Position numbers and translations under genes: made by a program. DNA of 64,000 bases. Source: Pirellulaceae bacterium (GTDB lineage Bacteria; Planctomycetota; Planctomycetia; Pirellulales; Pirellulaceae). The notes beneath the pieces were generated by a model. That model did no database searches and was not told where the DNA came from. It saw nothing but the letters and a program-made list of their open reading frames with translations. Where the stretch lies: assembly GCA_965216885.1 (NCBI GenBank), contig OZ244208.1:730848-794847 (forward strand), in the 5' to 3' direction. Positions 55,249-64,000 of this stretch are shown here, one piece after another. Position 1 is the first letter of the stretch; every line of letters starts with the position of its first letter.

Positions 55249-57213
55249 CTATCGAATAATGGCCATCAGCGTCTGTAGCGATTCGTCGATGGCCGAGATG
55301 TACTGTGCGGCTGCCTGGAAGGAACGTTGATACTGCAGCATCTTTGCGACCTCCTCATTGATATCGACGCCGGACAAGGCTTCCATATCGGCCCGAATCG
55401 TCTGCTCGAGGTCGGCGTTGTTGGAGGCGATCTGTTCCAGGTCGCGAACTTCCAGTCCCACTTCCGCGATCATGTTGGCGACGAACTGTTCGATCGTCTG
55501 CGTTCCGTTGCCCAGCAGCTTTTCGTCGCGGACGTTCACCATCCGTACGAGGTTCGTCGTGTCATTGGCATGGCCAAGCACCGTGGTCGCCAGACGTGAC
55601 GGGTCTTCGGAAATGAGCGGATTGACGTGTAGCGTGGTGGGACTGTCGCCGGCGAATAGGGTGTTCAGACCAAGCGCCGAAAGCAGGCCGGACGTATCCG
55701 GAACACCAACGGTCGAAAGCTCAAAGGAATCGCCCGCGTTGGCAGTCCCGGCCGACAACGTCAGTTCGACTCCCGGAACAACCTGAAGTGGCGTCCCCGG
55801 TTCGTAGCCGGCGCCCACGCTGAGGATTGCGACCAGGTCGTTGTCGGAGTCATAAACTTCCAGCGACAGTCCGTCGGTGGCGCCGATCGTGCCGGAGTTG
55901 GCAAACTGAAAGGTCAGCTCGTCATTCTCCTGCAATGCAAATCGTCCATCGAATCTGGCGGTGGTCGTTCCGGTGATCGCCACGTTGACAGGTTCTTGCT
56001 GTAGGTTACCCGTGAAGCTGAACGAGTAACCCTCGTCGGCAACAATGCCAAAAATGCCACCGTCGGTGGGCGTGGTTGCCGAGAGCCGGTCGATGCCGGA
56101 GATCAGCGCGCCAATGTCGGTGAGGCTCTGGGTTTGCGGATCGATATCCAGACGATGTAGCTGTCGATTCCCGGTGGCGGCTTCGGTCACGGTGATGAAG
56201 AGCTCGCCGTTGGTAACGGGAAATGGTAGCTCCTGCAGGCCCAGTGGCGTCGTGACATCATCGAACGAACGCGAGCCGCTGAGACTGGTGAAATCACCAC
56301 GAATGCCCACACCAAACGCATGCGCTGAATCGACCGCAGATACCAGGGCTGCGGTCAGTTCCTGAAGGCTCTGCTGGTAGGTGGAAGCTCCGTCATTGCT
56401 CGCCGCCAGAAGCGCACCGAGGCGACCGCCTTCGATTGCGAGCGGTTCGTCGCAGAGTGGATGCCACAATTCCATGATGCCGTCGGAATTCCGTTCGGCA
56501 GTGATGTTGGGCGGAGTCGAACCGATCGTGATTTGACCGCCAATCAGGACGTCGAAGTTTCCGTCGCTGCGATTCACGGTAACGTCCGTGAGTTGGGAAA
56601 GTTCGCGAACAAGGTTGTCGCGACGGTCACGAAGGTCAGACGCTTCCCCTCCGGTTGCTTCAGAGTTGATGATGCGGTTGTTGAGGTCGGCGATCTCGGT
56701 GGAGATTTCCTGAATGGAAACGATCGCCGAATCGATCTCGGAATCGAATCCCTGCGAGAACTCGGTAAGCTGGCCGGACAGTCGACTGATTTCGTCCGCC
56801 AGTCCCTCGGCCGAACGAACGACGGTGGTTCGCAGCGCCGCATCGTCCGGAAATCTCGAAAGCCCTTCCAGTTCGTTGAAGAAGGTTTCCAGTCGATCCA
56901 GGAGCGAACCGTTTCCGGGCGTCAGCATGGATTCAAGCTGGTTCAGGCTGGTGAGACGCAATTCGGCAAAGGCGCTGTCGGCCAGGACCGTGTTGAGTGC
57001 ATCCTGAGTGGCACCATTGGTCAGGCGGCGCACGGCATCGACGGAAACACCCTGCCCGATCAGGTGACCGCCCAGGTTGACCGTCGGGTTTTCGGAAAAG
57101 AGCACGTCACGACGGACGAAGCCATCGGTATTGGCATTGGCGATGTTGTGGCCAACCACGGCAAGTGCCGTCTGGTTGGCTCGAATCGCGGAAAGACCGG
57201 TTGAGAAATTCAT
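55249..57213 (-). CDS. flgK: Flagellar hook-associated protein 1 (FlgK)
   Basis: 654 aa; N-terminal GLSAIRANQTALAVVGHNIANANTDGF and a conserved C-terminal helix. Confidence 0.85.
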   Translation of the reverse strand: MNFSTGLSAIRANQTALAVVGHNIANANTDGFVRRDVLFSENPTVNLGGHLIGQGVSVDAVRRLTNGATQDALNTVLADSAFAELRLTSLNQLESMLTPGNGSLLDRLETFFNELEGLSRFPDDAALRTTVVRSAEGLADEISRLSGQLTEFSQGFDSEIDSAIVSIQEISTEIADLNNRIINSEATGGEASDLRDRRDNLVRELSQLTDVTVNRSDGNFDVLIGGQITIGSTPPNITAERNSDGIMELWHPLCDEPLAIEGGRLGALLAASNDGASTYQQSLQELTAALVSAVDSAHAFGVGIRGDFTSLSGSRSFDDVTTPLGLQELPFPVTNGELFITVTEAATGNRQLHRLDIDPQTQSLTDIGALISGIDRLSATTPTDGGIFGIVADEGYSFSFTGNLQQEPVNVAITGTTTARFDGRFALQENDELTFQFANSGTIGATDGLSLEVYDSDNDLVAILSVGAGYEPGTPLQVVPGVELTLSAGTANAGDSFELSTVGVPDTSGLLSALGLNTLFAGDSPTTLHVNPLISEDPSRLATTVLGHANDTTNLVRMVNVRDEKLLGNGTQTIEQFVANMIAEVGLEVRDLEQIASNNADLEQTIRADMEALSGVDINEEVAKMLQYQRSFQAAAQYISAIDESLQTLMAIIR

Positions 57214-57237
57214 AAGTTCATGGCTCTGCGGAAGGAA

Positions 57238-57756
57238 TCAGAGATCCGTGTCGAGGATGGAACTGTGGTCCGTGGTTTCCATCAGCCCCGTTCGCGCGTA
57301 GTTGCGAGGCTGTGGCTTGACGCCGACCAAATGGTGAATCATGTCGGTGACGATATGATTCGTCTGCATTGCCAGAACGGTGTTCGCACGGTTCAACACG
57401 TTGATGCGAGAGGTGGACTTTGTAAGCCTTCCGCGGGCGAGCAGCAGTTGTTCCCGCAGCGAATCCGTCGTGTGTGCTGCCAACGCGCCGATCGTCGCGT
57501 CCTCGCTGCTCAGCTCCAGTTCGGCTGCGATCTGAGCGCGAAGCTGATCACGTTGCTTTGAAAGTTCGGCCGATGCAGCGATCGTGTGCTGCTGCTTGTC
57601 CAGCGCCTCACGCAGGATGGTCCAATCTCGCTTCAAGAGACCAGCTCGCGTTTCTTCGACCAGCGAGAGTGTCGCCTGCAGCATGGCTTCTTCCTGCTGC
57701 AGATGGGCGAGGCAGCGAAGTGCCAGCGTCTCGTGGGCCATGGTTGTGGTAGTCAA
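57238..57756 (-). CDS. flgN: FlgN-like flagellar export chaperone
   Basis: 172-aa helical protein immediately upstream of flgK with an FlgN-like Leu/Gln heptad pattern. Confidence 0.5.
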   Translation of the reverse strand: MTTTTMAHETLALRCLAHLQQEEAMLQATLSLVEETRAGLLKRDWTILREALDKQQHTIAASAELSKQRDQLRAQIAAELELSSEDATIGALAAHTTDSLREQLLLARGRLTKSTSRINVLNRANTVLAMQTNHIVTDMIHHLVGVKPQPRNYARTGLMETTDHSSILDTDL

Positions 57757-57760
57757 TGCT

Positions 57761-58153
57761 TCACTCCTTGGCAGTTTGACTGGCAGGATCAGGCGCGCCC
57801 TGATTTGCCGTAGAGGTGGGATGGGCGGAAGGCAATGCTTCAGCGAGGATCATTTCGCGAATGCCCAGTGAACCACTCTGTGCGAGATGCTGACCCATGT
57901 ATTGGTCAAACATGCCGCCCAGAACGTCCGACGATTCCTCGCCGAATAGTCCGTTCGGGAGCGTGCTCCTCATTTCTTTCAACAGCAGCGAGACGAACAT
58001 GCTCTCGAAGGCAGTCGCGGTGGATTCGTGGGCCTGGATTGATTTCGATACAGCGGCCGCCTCGGAGCCGGAACGCCCCGGATCGCGCATGCGCGTGAGG
58101 GCCTCCAGCTGAGCGGCGTCGATGGGTCCTGCGCCGAGTTGTGGGATGTCCAT
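57761..58153 (-). CDS. flgJ: FlgJ rod-binding domain protein (no muramidase domain)
   Basis: TAFESMFVSLLLKEMRS is the rod-binding (Rod_C/FlgJ_N) motif; length 130 aa. Confidence 0.7.
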   Translation of the reverse strand: MDIPQLGAGPIDAAQLEALTRMRDPGRSGSEAAAVSKSIQAHESTATAFESMFVSLLLKEMRSTLPNGLFGEESSDVLGGMFDQYMGQHLAQSGSLGIREMILAEALPSAHPTSTANQGAPDPASQTAKE

Positions 58154-58162
58154 GAGTGGTTC

Positions 58163-59380
58163 CTATTTGATGATCAGCTCCGCGTGCAAAGCCCCTTGAG
58201 CACGCAGCTGAAGGAAGATGGATCCAAGGTCTCGTGGCGACACGCCCAAGGCGTTCAGAGCCTGAGCGAGGTCTCCCACGGTGACGTTCGGTTCGAAGAC
58301 TGAAAGTCGGTTGGTCTCCTCGACGACTTCCAGGTCCGTTCGCGGAACGACGACCGTTTCGCCGTCGGACAGCGGAGCCGGTTGCGAGACTTCGGGTGTT
58401 TCGCCCGTGATGATCGAAAGGTTCGCATGTGCCAGTGCGACGCGCGAGAGTTTCACATCGGCGCCAATGATAATCGTGCCCGTCGCCTCGTTAATGACGA
58501 CACGCGCCCTGGAGGACGGCGACACTGGCAGCAATTGGGTCATGCCGATGAAACGTTGTCGGTCATGTTGATATTTAATCGGAATGTGCACTTCAACGGT
58601 GCCCGCATCGAGTGTCCTCGCAGCGTAGGGCGCCAGTTCGTTGATGGCGTCCACAATGCGAGTGGCCGTGGTTGGGTCGGCATCCCGCAGCATCAGACGG
58701 AATCGAGCATCGTCTTTCACGCAGTACGGAATCTGCTTTTCAACGCGGGCCTGACCGGTACCTTTGGTCGGATGATTCTTGACGACACTTGCTGCATCGC
58801 CGGAAAAACTGAAGCCACCGATCGACACCGTGCCGGATGCGACAGCATAAACTTCCTCGTCGGCTCCGTAGAGCGGTGTCATGATCAGCGTTCCGCCCTG
58901 TAGGCTGGAGGCGTCATCGAGTGCCGCAACCGTCACGTCCAGGGTTCGGCCCGGGCGATCCGACGTACGCAGGTCGGCCGTTACCAGGACGGCCGAGATG
59001 TTGTCGGTCTTCAACTGCGTATCGGTTCGCGTCAGCATCCGAAGAATCGGGTCCGACCGAATGCCGAATCGCTGCATCAGGTTGACGGCGGCCTCACGAG
59101 TTAGCGGTGTCTTGCCGCCGGTTCCGTTGAGTCCCGCAACAAGTCCAAAGCCTGTCAGAGGGCTGGTGCGATCCCCTTCAACATCGGTGATGTTCTTGAT
59201 CAGGACCTCGTTGCACAACGCAGCCTCACCGCCGGAAAGAAGGACGACGACGACAATGCAGAGCAAAACCAACGGCTTTGTCAGCCACTTCGCAAACGGG
59301 CGCGTTTCAAACGCACGCGATTCCGGATGGCGAAGCTCGATCTGATTTTGTAGCGAAGTCATGTGCATGTCCTTATGCAA
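58163..59380 (-). CDS. flgI: Flagellar P-ring protein FlgI
   Basis: Signal peptide; FlgI-typical DLGSIFLQLRAQGALHAELIIK at the C-terminus. Confidence 0.88.
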   Translation of the reverse strand: MHKDMHMTSLQNQIELRHPESRAFETRPFAKWLTKPLVLLCIVVVVLLSGGEAALCNEVLIKNITDVEGDRTSPLTGFGLVAGLNGTGGKTPLTREAAVNLMQRFGIRSDPILRMLTRTDTQLKTDNISAVLVTADLRTSDRPGRTLDVTVAALDDASSLQGGTLIMTPLYGADEEVYAVASGTVSIGGFSFSGDAASVVKNHPTKGTGQARVEKQIPYCVKDDARFRLMLRDADPTTATRIVDAINELAPYAARTLDAGTVEVHIPIKYQHDRQRFIGMTQLLPVSPSSRARVVINEATGTIIIGADVKLSRVALAHANLSIITGETPEVSQPAPLSDGETVVVPRTDLEVVEETNRLSVFEPNVTVGDLAQALNALGVSPRDLGSIFLQLRAQGALHAELIIK

Positions 59381-59401
59381 ACCGGCGATCCGTCAGCAGA
59401 T

Positions 59402-60016
59402 TCAGAAGGGCCAGATTCGGTTTGTGATTCTTCCCACCCACCCCTGGTTGGTGAAATGCGTTTCGGGGCCGCAACCCTGGTATTCAACCCGGAAATCAGC
59501 GACGTACTGCGATGTTACCGTGTTGTTCGCGCTGACGTCCTGAGGTCGCACGACCCCGGAGATCATCAGTTGACGTTGTTCCTCGCCGACCACTTGCGTT
59601 CGTGAACCGGCGATGACCAGGTCGCCGTTGGGGCGAACCTCAATCACCTGAACCGTGATCCGGTCGGTAAACTGCCGAGCGATCTGGTACTGCGAATCCC
59701 CGTCGAATTCCCGATTGGAATTCTTTGCGATCGTGGCATTGGCGGAGCTGGCTGCGCCCGTGGAGGCACCGGCGAAGTCGAAGTCAAATCCAGCCGACGT
59801 CGTTTTGCCCAGCGAACGTTGATCTCGATTGGTGACGTCCGTGTTCTCGCGAACGAGTACCGTTAGCAGGTCGCCAGCGCGTCGAGCGCCTGTATCAAAG
59901 AAGAAGTGGGAAAACCTTGGATTACGTTTTGCCCAGATGGATTGAGCGCAACAGGTGGGAGCGCAGTGCAATACGGCGAGGAAGACAATGATGAATCCGA
60001 TTTGACGGTTGGACAT
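59402..60016 (-). CDS. flgH: Flagellar L-ring lipoprotein FlgH
   Basis: Lipobox VLHC; DLLTVLVRENT and VQVIEVRPNGDLVIAGSRTQVVGEEQRQLMISGVVRPQDV are FlgH signatures. I chose the Met at 60016. Confidence 0.88.
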   Translation of the reverse strand: MSNRQIGFIIVFLAVLHCAPTCCAQSIWAKRNPRFSHFFFDTGARRAGDLLTVLVRENTDVTNRDQRSLGKTTSAGFDFDFAGASTGAASSANATIAKNSNREFDGDSQYQIARQFTDRITVQVIEVRPNGDLVIAGSRTQVVGEEQRQLMISGVVRPQDVSANNTVTSQYVADFRVEYQGCGPETHFTNQGWVGRITNRIWPF

Positions 60017-60051
60017 GAGGCTACCGTGCGGGAAGGGGAATTGGAGGTGGG

Positions 60052-61041
60052 TCACAGCCGAATCTCAGCTGTGTTGGCGTCAATGATTTTGGCGAAAATG
60101 ATCTTTCGTGTTGATGGATTCTGAAATCGAATGGTCTCACCTATCTTTCCACGCTGCATGGAAACGGCTCCGCCCATGACGACACGCAGTTCGCCCTTGC
60201 GAGCGATCAGCCGTACCGGGGAGCGTGATTGAATGACGTAGGAATTGGCGGCGTTGGATCGAGTCGAAACGTCGGCAGGACGAAGGACCTGGCCGGGCGT
60301 AATGCGGCGGCGCAGGACGCGTCCGGTCAGCTCCGCATCCTGTTCAAACAGATCTCGGGTTGCTACCGGCAAGCGAGTCCATTCGATGTCGTCGGCACTG
60401 AGCACATCACGGGGCGACAGTGTGCTGCGAGCGACAGGCACGCTACGCAACAGGCGAACCTGCAGATTCACGGGGATCGTGGTCACGAGGTTGTTCTCGC
60501 TATAGATGCCAACGTGCATGCTGACCGCACCCAGGCGTGGCTTCTCTGGCGGAAACGGCTTCAAGACACTGCCGGAATCCAGTGATTCGGTGAGCTTGTT
60601 GATGGGACGGGTGAAGCGAAGGTCCAGGTCGTTGGGTGCGACGTGGAATGCGTCGGCAAGCGCTGGTCGAATCGACTTCATCACCAGTTCGTCGGAACTG
60701 TAGTCGCCGCGTCGTTGCACTGCGACCGAACGTCCGACGACTTTGACTTCGTTCTTGCCGTAGCCATTCAGGAGCAGGCGGTATGAGATGCGTTCGCCCG
60801 AGATCACGTCTTGATCGCCGACGTGTTCCAGTTCGCTGATGTCGAGGTCCGCTATTTCGCTGCGAGTGCGTTCGGGGCCGCCGGAAATGACAGCCAGGTC
60901 CCGCATGGCGACCAGTTCGTGTGGGGTTTCCACTCGGGAACGCAACGTGATGGTAACCGTATCGCCGACGCGCTGCGCGCAGGCTACACCGCTGCCAAGC
61001 GCCAGAAACATCAGGCAGGCTATTTGTCGGACATCGATCAC
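60052..61041 (-). CDS. flgA: Flagellar P-ring assembly chaperone FlgA (SAF domain)
   Basis: Signal peptide and a C-terminal SAF-like domain; sits between flgG and flgH. Confidence 0.65.
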   Translation of the reverse strand: MIDVRQIACLMFLALGSGVACAQRVGDTVTITLRSRVETPHELVAMRDLAVISGGPERTRSEIADLDISELEHVGDQDVISGERISYRLLLNGYGKNEVKVVGRSVAVQRRGDYSSDELVMKSIRPALADAFHVAPNDLDLRFTRPINKLTESLDSGSVLKPFPPEKPRLGAVSMHVGIYSENNLVTTIPVNLQVRLLRSVPVARSTLSPRDVLSADDIEWTRLPVATRDLFEQDAELTGRVLRRRITPGQVLRPADVSTRSNAANSYVIQSRSPVRLIARKGELRVVMGGAVSMQRGKIGETIRFQNPSTRKIIFAKIIDANTAEIRL

Positions 61042-61046
61042 GGCGT

Positions 61047-61829
61047 TTACCTCACAATGTCGGTCGTTGTCGAGAGCATTTCGTCACCGGCACGAATGGC
61101 TCGCGAATTGATTTCGTAGGCTCGCTGTGCGGTGATCAGCGAGATCAGTTCAGTTACCACTTCGACGTTGGACCGTTCCAGGAACCCGCCCAGTAGCGTT
61201 CCGTTGCCATCGAGTCCCGGTGTGCCCGGAACGGATGGGCCCGATGCGGTGGTTTCTGCGTACAGGTTGCCGCCTTCGCTGCTGAGTCCCGCCGGGTTCT
61301 GGAATCGCACCAACGTCAGTTGCCCCAGCGGGGATTCAATTCCGTCCACGGTTGCCGATACCGTGCCGTCCGATCCAACAGCGACACTCGTTGCGTTGGC
61401 GGGAATCGATATCTGGGTGCCCATCGCATAGCCGGATGACGTGACGAGATTTCCGTTGGCATCCGTTCGGAACGAACCGTCTCGCGTGTACCGCAAGTCG
61501 CCGTTGGGAAGGCTGACTTCGAAGAAGCCGTCACCTTCGATTGCAACGTCCGTTGGGTTGCCGGTCTGTTCCACACTGCCCGGTGTAAAGAGCTTCGTCG
61601 TTCCCACCGGTCGCACACCGCTACCAATCTCCAGCCCGATGGGCGTCGGAAGTCCACTGGCAACTTCGTTTCCCGCTTGCCGAATCGTGGAGTACAACAG
61701 ATCGGCGAAGTCCACCTGACTGCGTTTGAAGCCGTTGGTGTTAACGTTCGCCAGGTTGTTGGCGGTCACGTCGATCATTGTTTCCTGGGCCTTCATGCCC
61801 GTCGCGCTGCTATAGAGTGCTCGGATCAT
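61047..61829 (-). CDS. flgG: Flagellar distal rod protein FlgG
   Basis: N-terminus MIRALYSSATGMKAQETMIDVTANNLANVNTNGFK, C-terminus MLSTTTDI. Confidence 0.9.
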   Translation of the reverse strand: MIRALYSSATGMKAQETMIDVTANNLANVNTNGFKRSQVDFADLLYSTIRQAGNEVASGLPTPIGLEIGSGVRPVGTTKLFTPGSVEQTGNPTDVAIEGDGFFEVSLPNGDLRYTRDGSFRTDANGNLVTSSGYAMGTQISIPANATSVAVGSDGTVSATVDGIESPLGQLTLVRFQNPAGLSSEGGNLYAETTASGPSVPGTPGLDGNGTLLGGFLERSNVEVVTELISLITAQRAYEINSRAIRAGDEMLSTTTDIVR

Positions 61830-61833
61830 CCGT

Positions 61834-62547
61834 TTATCCTCCCGGGCTGGTTGTTTGCTGTAGCGATTCGTCCAGTGCCTTGAGCACGCGTTCGGACGCT
61901 TCGTGCTGTCTCATGTTGGTGATCATCTGAATCAGTTCGGTCACGGCCGACACGTTTGACATTTCACGAGCGCCCTGGCGAACGCTGATGTCGGCGTCAT
62001 TTGCAGCCATGTCCGGCGGCGACTCATAGACCGTCGTTCCTGCCGGGATGAGTTTGGCGTTGTCATCGAACTGCACGACCTGCAACTTGCCGGCGGGCGT
62101 GCCTGCGATCGTGACCGAGCCGTCGTTCGCGACGACGACCTGGCTGGGGCTTGCGTTGGCGGGAAGATTGATGGAACCGCCGGAGCCCTGCACCTTCAGG
62201 CCGCCGCTGGAGACAAGGTCGCCCTCCGCGGAAACCTGAAAGACGCCATTGCGTGTATAGAGCGGACCGTCCGGGCCTTCCAGCACGAAGAAGCCATCGC
62301 CATCAATGGCGACATCCAGATTGCGACCGCTCTGCGCGATCGGGCCGGGCGTAAAGTCAGCAGTGACTTCCGCCAGCATCTCATCACTGCTCTCGGTGTC
62401 TTCCATGGCGTGCTCGAAAGTCTGCACGGCCACGACGTTCTTCCGATATCCAGGCACATTCATGTGCGCAAGATTATTGGCAATTACTTCCTGTCGCTGC
62501 TCAGCCACATTCATGGCGGCTGCAGCGCGGTAGATCCCCGCGAACAT
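61834..62547 (-). CDS. flgF: Flagellar proximal rod protein FlgF
   Basis: N-terminus MFAGIYRAAAAMNVAEQRQEVIANNLAHMNVPGY; I chose the internal Met at 62547. Confidence 0.85.
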   Translation of the reverse strand: MFAGIYRAAAAMNVAEQRQEVIANNLAHMNVPGYRKNVVAVQTFEHAMEDTESSDEMLAEVTADFTPGPIAQSGRNLDVAIDGDGFFVLEGPDGPLYTRNGVFQVSAEGDLVSSGGLKVQGSGGSINLPANASPSQVVVANDGSVTIAGTPAGKLQVVQFDDNAKLIPAGTTVYESPPDMAANDADISVRQGAREMSNVSAVTELIQMITNMRQHEASERVLKALDESLQQTTSPGG

Positions 62548-62762
62548 CCGTGTCGCCCCCCGACGAACTCCTTGTACCGATTCGAACCATGAGTCGCAAA
62601 CTTCGTGCCAGAGTTCCGTCTCACGAATTGCCACGATAATGCGAGAAATCGTCACGACACGATGACAGCGACAGCCTGATAGCAGACGGAACGGAACGAG
62701 AAACGATGAATTGCGTTCCGATAGCACATGCGTCGGATTGCATTTACATCCGCGCGAAGGAG

Positions 62763-63983
62763 TTAGTCCTTTTCGTGAATCGAACCCGGCGGGGCGATCG
62801 GCAGCGGAATCTTCACGACCGATTCCGGCAGTGCTTCTTCGGTCGGGGGAATCCGAGCTAAAGCTGCTTGGTCCGGCAGGGTGTCTTTGCCGGGTACGTC
62901 TTCCGGTCCGATTTGCACGACGATGGCCTGGTTGCCACCGCGTTGCTTCGCCGTATACATCTGCTGGTCGACGCGGCGTACCAGCCAGGAAAAGTCGACA
63001 TCCGAGAGTCTTTCAATAGGACAGAAGATACCGCCGATACTGACCGACACCTGTCCCCTTCTGACGGAATTGAGCTCCTTCTCCAGACGCTGGCAGATAC
63101 GCCCTGCGACGGCGTTGAGCGCATCAAGCGTCAGCCCCATAAAGACGGCGAGGAATTCGTCGCCTCCATAGCGAATCACCAGATCCTCGTCCCGCAGCGT
63201 GTCGATCAGGATCGCAGCAACCTGCCGAAGCACCTCGTCACCTTCTTCGTGGCCGAGTTGATCGTTGATCTCCTTGAAGTTGTCGAGATCGAAGAAAAGC
63301 AGGCCCAGCGGCATTTCGAACTGCAAGCAGGTTTCAATCTCGTTCTCCAATCCGGTCTCCAGCAGCCGACGATTGAATGCTCCGGTCAGGGCGTCGCGGA
63401 ACATTTCCTTCTGGAAATAGAGGCTGCGATCGCGAACTCGTTCGAGTTGTTCGATTGCTTCGCCGACGTCGCGTTTGGCTTCTGCCGCTTCCATTTGGCT
63501 GCGAATGGCGATGTCCTCCACCAACCCCCGGGCTGTCCCCAATATCTCCTCGATGGGTGGTAGTTCACCGATATCGACGGAGAACGCACCCGCGGCCTGA
63601 TCGACGCGACCTCGAACTTCGTCGAAGAAGTCCGGAATTTCATCGGCCGGAATCTGGAATGTGCCTTTCATGACCGCGCGGAACTCAGGAGACACAACGC
63701 TTGTCTCCGACTCGATGTGACGCGTCGTCATGGACGCCAGCTGCAGAGCATGCTCCAGCATGGGAATCGGTGTGCTGCGCAGGGTGACGGGTGGTTCGTG
63801 GTGATTGCGGATGGCTTCGATGGTTGACGGAGCAAGTTGCAGGTTCTTGCAGTACTGTTCGCCCACGTCGATGTGGCTGATTCCGAAGAGCTGTTTTTCC
63901 AGCTTGCACTGGGTGTACGGTGTCGCCTTGTCGAGAATCGTGCGCACGTATTCTTCGGTTTTCGTTCGCATCAACGCCAGCAC
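62763..63983 (-). CDS. GGDEF diguanylate cyclase with an N-terminal HDOD-like region; the 5' end may continue beyond the window
   Basis: RYGGDEFLAVF active site, and a GISHIDVGEQYCKNLQLAP HDOD-type segment. Confidence 0.7.
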   Translation of the reverse strand: MLALMRTKTEEYVRTILDKATPYTQCKLEKQLFGISHIDVGEQYCKNLQLAPSTIEAIRNHHEPPVTLRSTPIPMLEHALQLASMTTRHIESETSVVSPEFRAVMKGTFQIPADEIPDFFDEVRGRVDQAAGAFSVDIGELPPIEEILGTARGLVEDIAIRSQMEAAEAKRDVGEAIEQLERVRDRSLYFQKEMFRDALTGAFNRRLLETGLENEIETCLQFEMPLGLLFFDLDNFKEINDQLGHEEGDEVLRQVAAILIDTLRDEDLVIRYGGDEFLAVFMGLTLDALNAVAGRICQRLEKELNSVRRGQVSVSIGGIFCPIERLSDVDFSWLVRRVDQQMYTAKQRGGNQAIVVQIGPEDVPGKDTLPDQAALARIPPTEEALPESVVKIPLPIAPPGSIHEKD

Positions 63984-64000
63984 GCCGACGTCCTGAATCA

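Noticed and set aside
58382-59345. Plus-strand ORFs antisense to flgI
   Set aside because: Same reasoning: FlgI homology on the minus strand is full-length.

Overview
This is a high-GC (about 57-60%) bacterial chromosome segment. Its gene content points to Planctomycetota, probably Pirellula-like, though that is an inference. The evidence is a PEP-CTERM protein, two Cys/Gly-rich lipoproteins, a PVC-type cytochrome-c/glucose-sorbosone-dehydrogenase fusion, a very large secreted lectin-domain protein and a WD40 protein. The window has four parts. (1) 1-15.4 kb is housekeeping and envelope: a ZIP metal transporter cut off by the window edge, rsmG, a WecB/TagA glycosyltransferase, a Wzz-like chain-length determinant, a tandem array of 110-bp hairpin repeats, ptsI, a compact FabZ-ACP-FabA-like-KAS lipid cluster with a Pmp3 proteolipid on the opposite strand, an FHA protein, a PEP-CTERM protein and tRNA-Arg(TCG). 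(2) 15.6-27.3 kb holds a WD40 protein, a hybrid sensor kinase, a 1080-aa secreted C-type-lectin-domain protein, a PQQ-type GSDH/cytochrome-c/PKD fusion and a DedA protein. (3) 27.69-31.0 kb is the most unusual feature: a dense same-strand array of 25 tRNA or tRNA-like genes. Many are non-canonical, for example Leu-like tRNAs with short variable arms, a GTT anticodon on a long-arm body, degenerate D-arms, and one with an encoded CCA. A strong intrinsic terminator splits the array, and a small Shine-Dalgarno-led ORF sits inside it. (4) 35-62.5 kb is a near-complete flagellar locus: fliA, flhA, fliMLJIHGFE, flgCB, flhB, fliRQPON, motA plus two MotB-like genes, flgLK, flgN, flgJ (rod-binding domain only), and flgIHAGF. 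HDOD-GGDEF c-di-GMP genes sit on both sides. All calls come from manual reading of the supplied ORF translations and the nucleotide sequence; no database searches were run.
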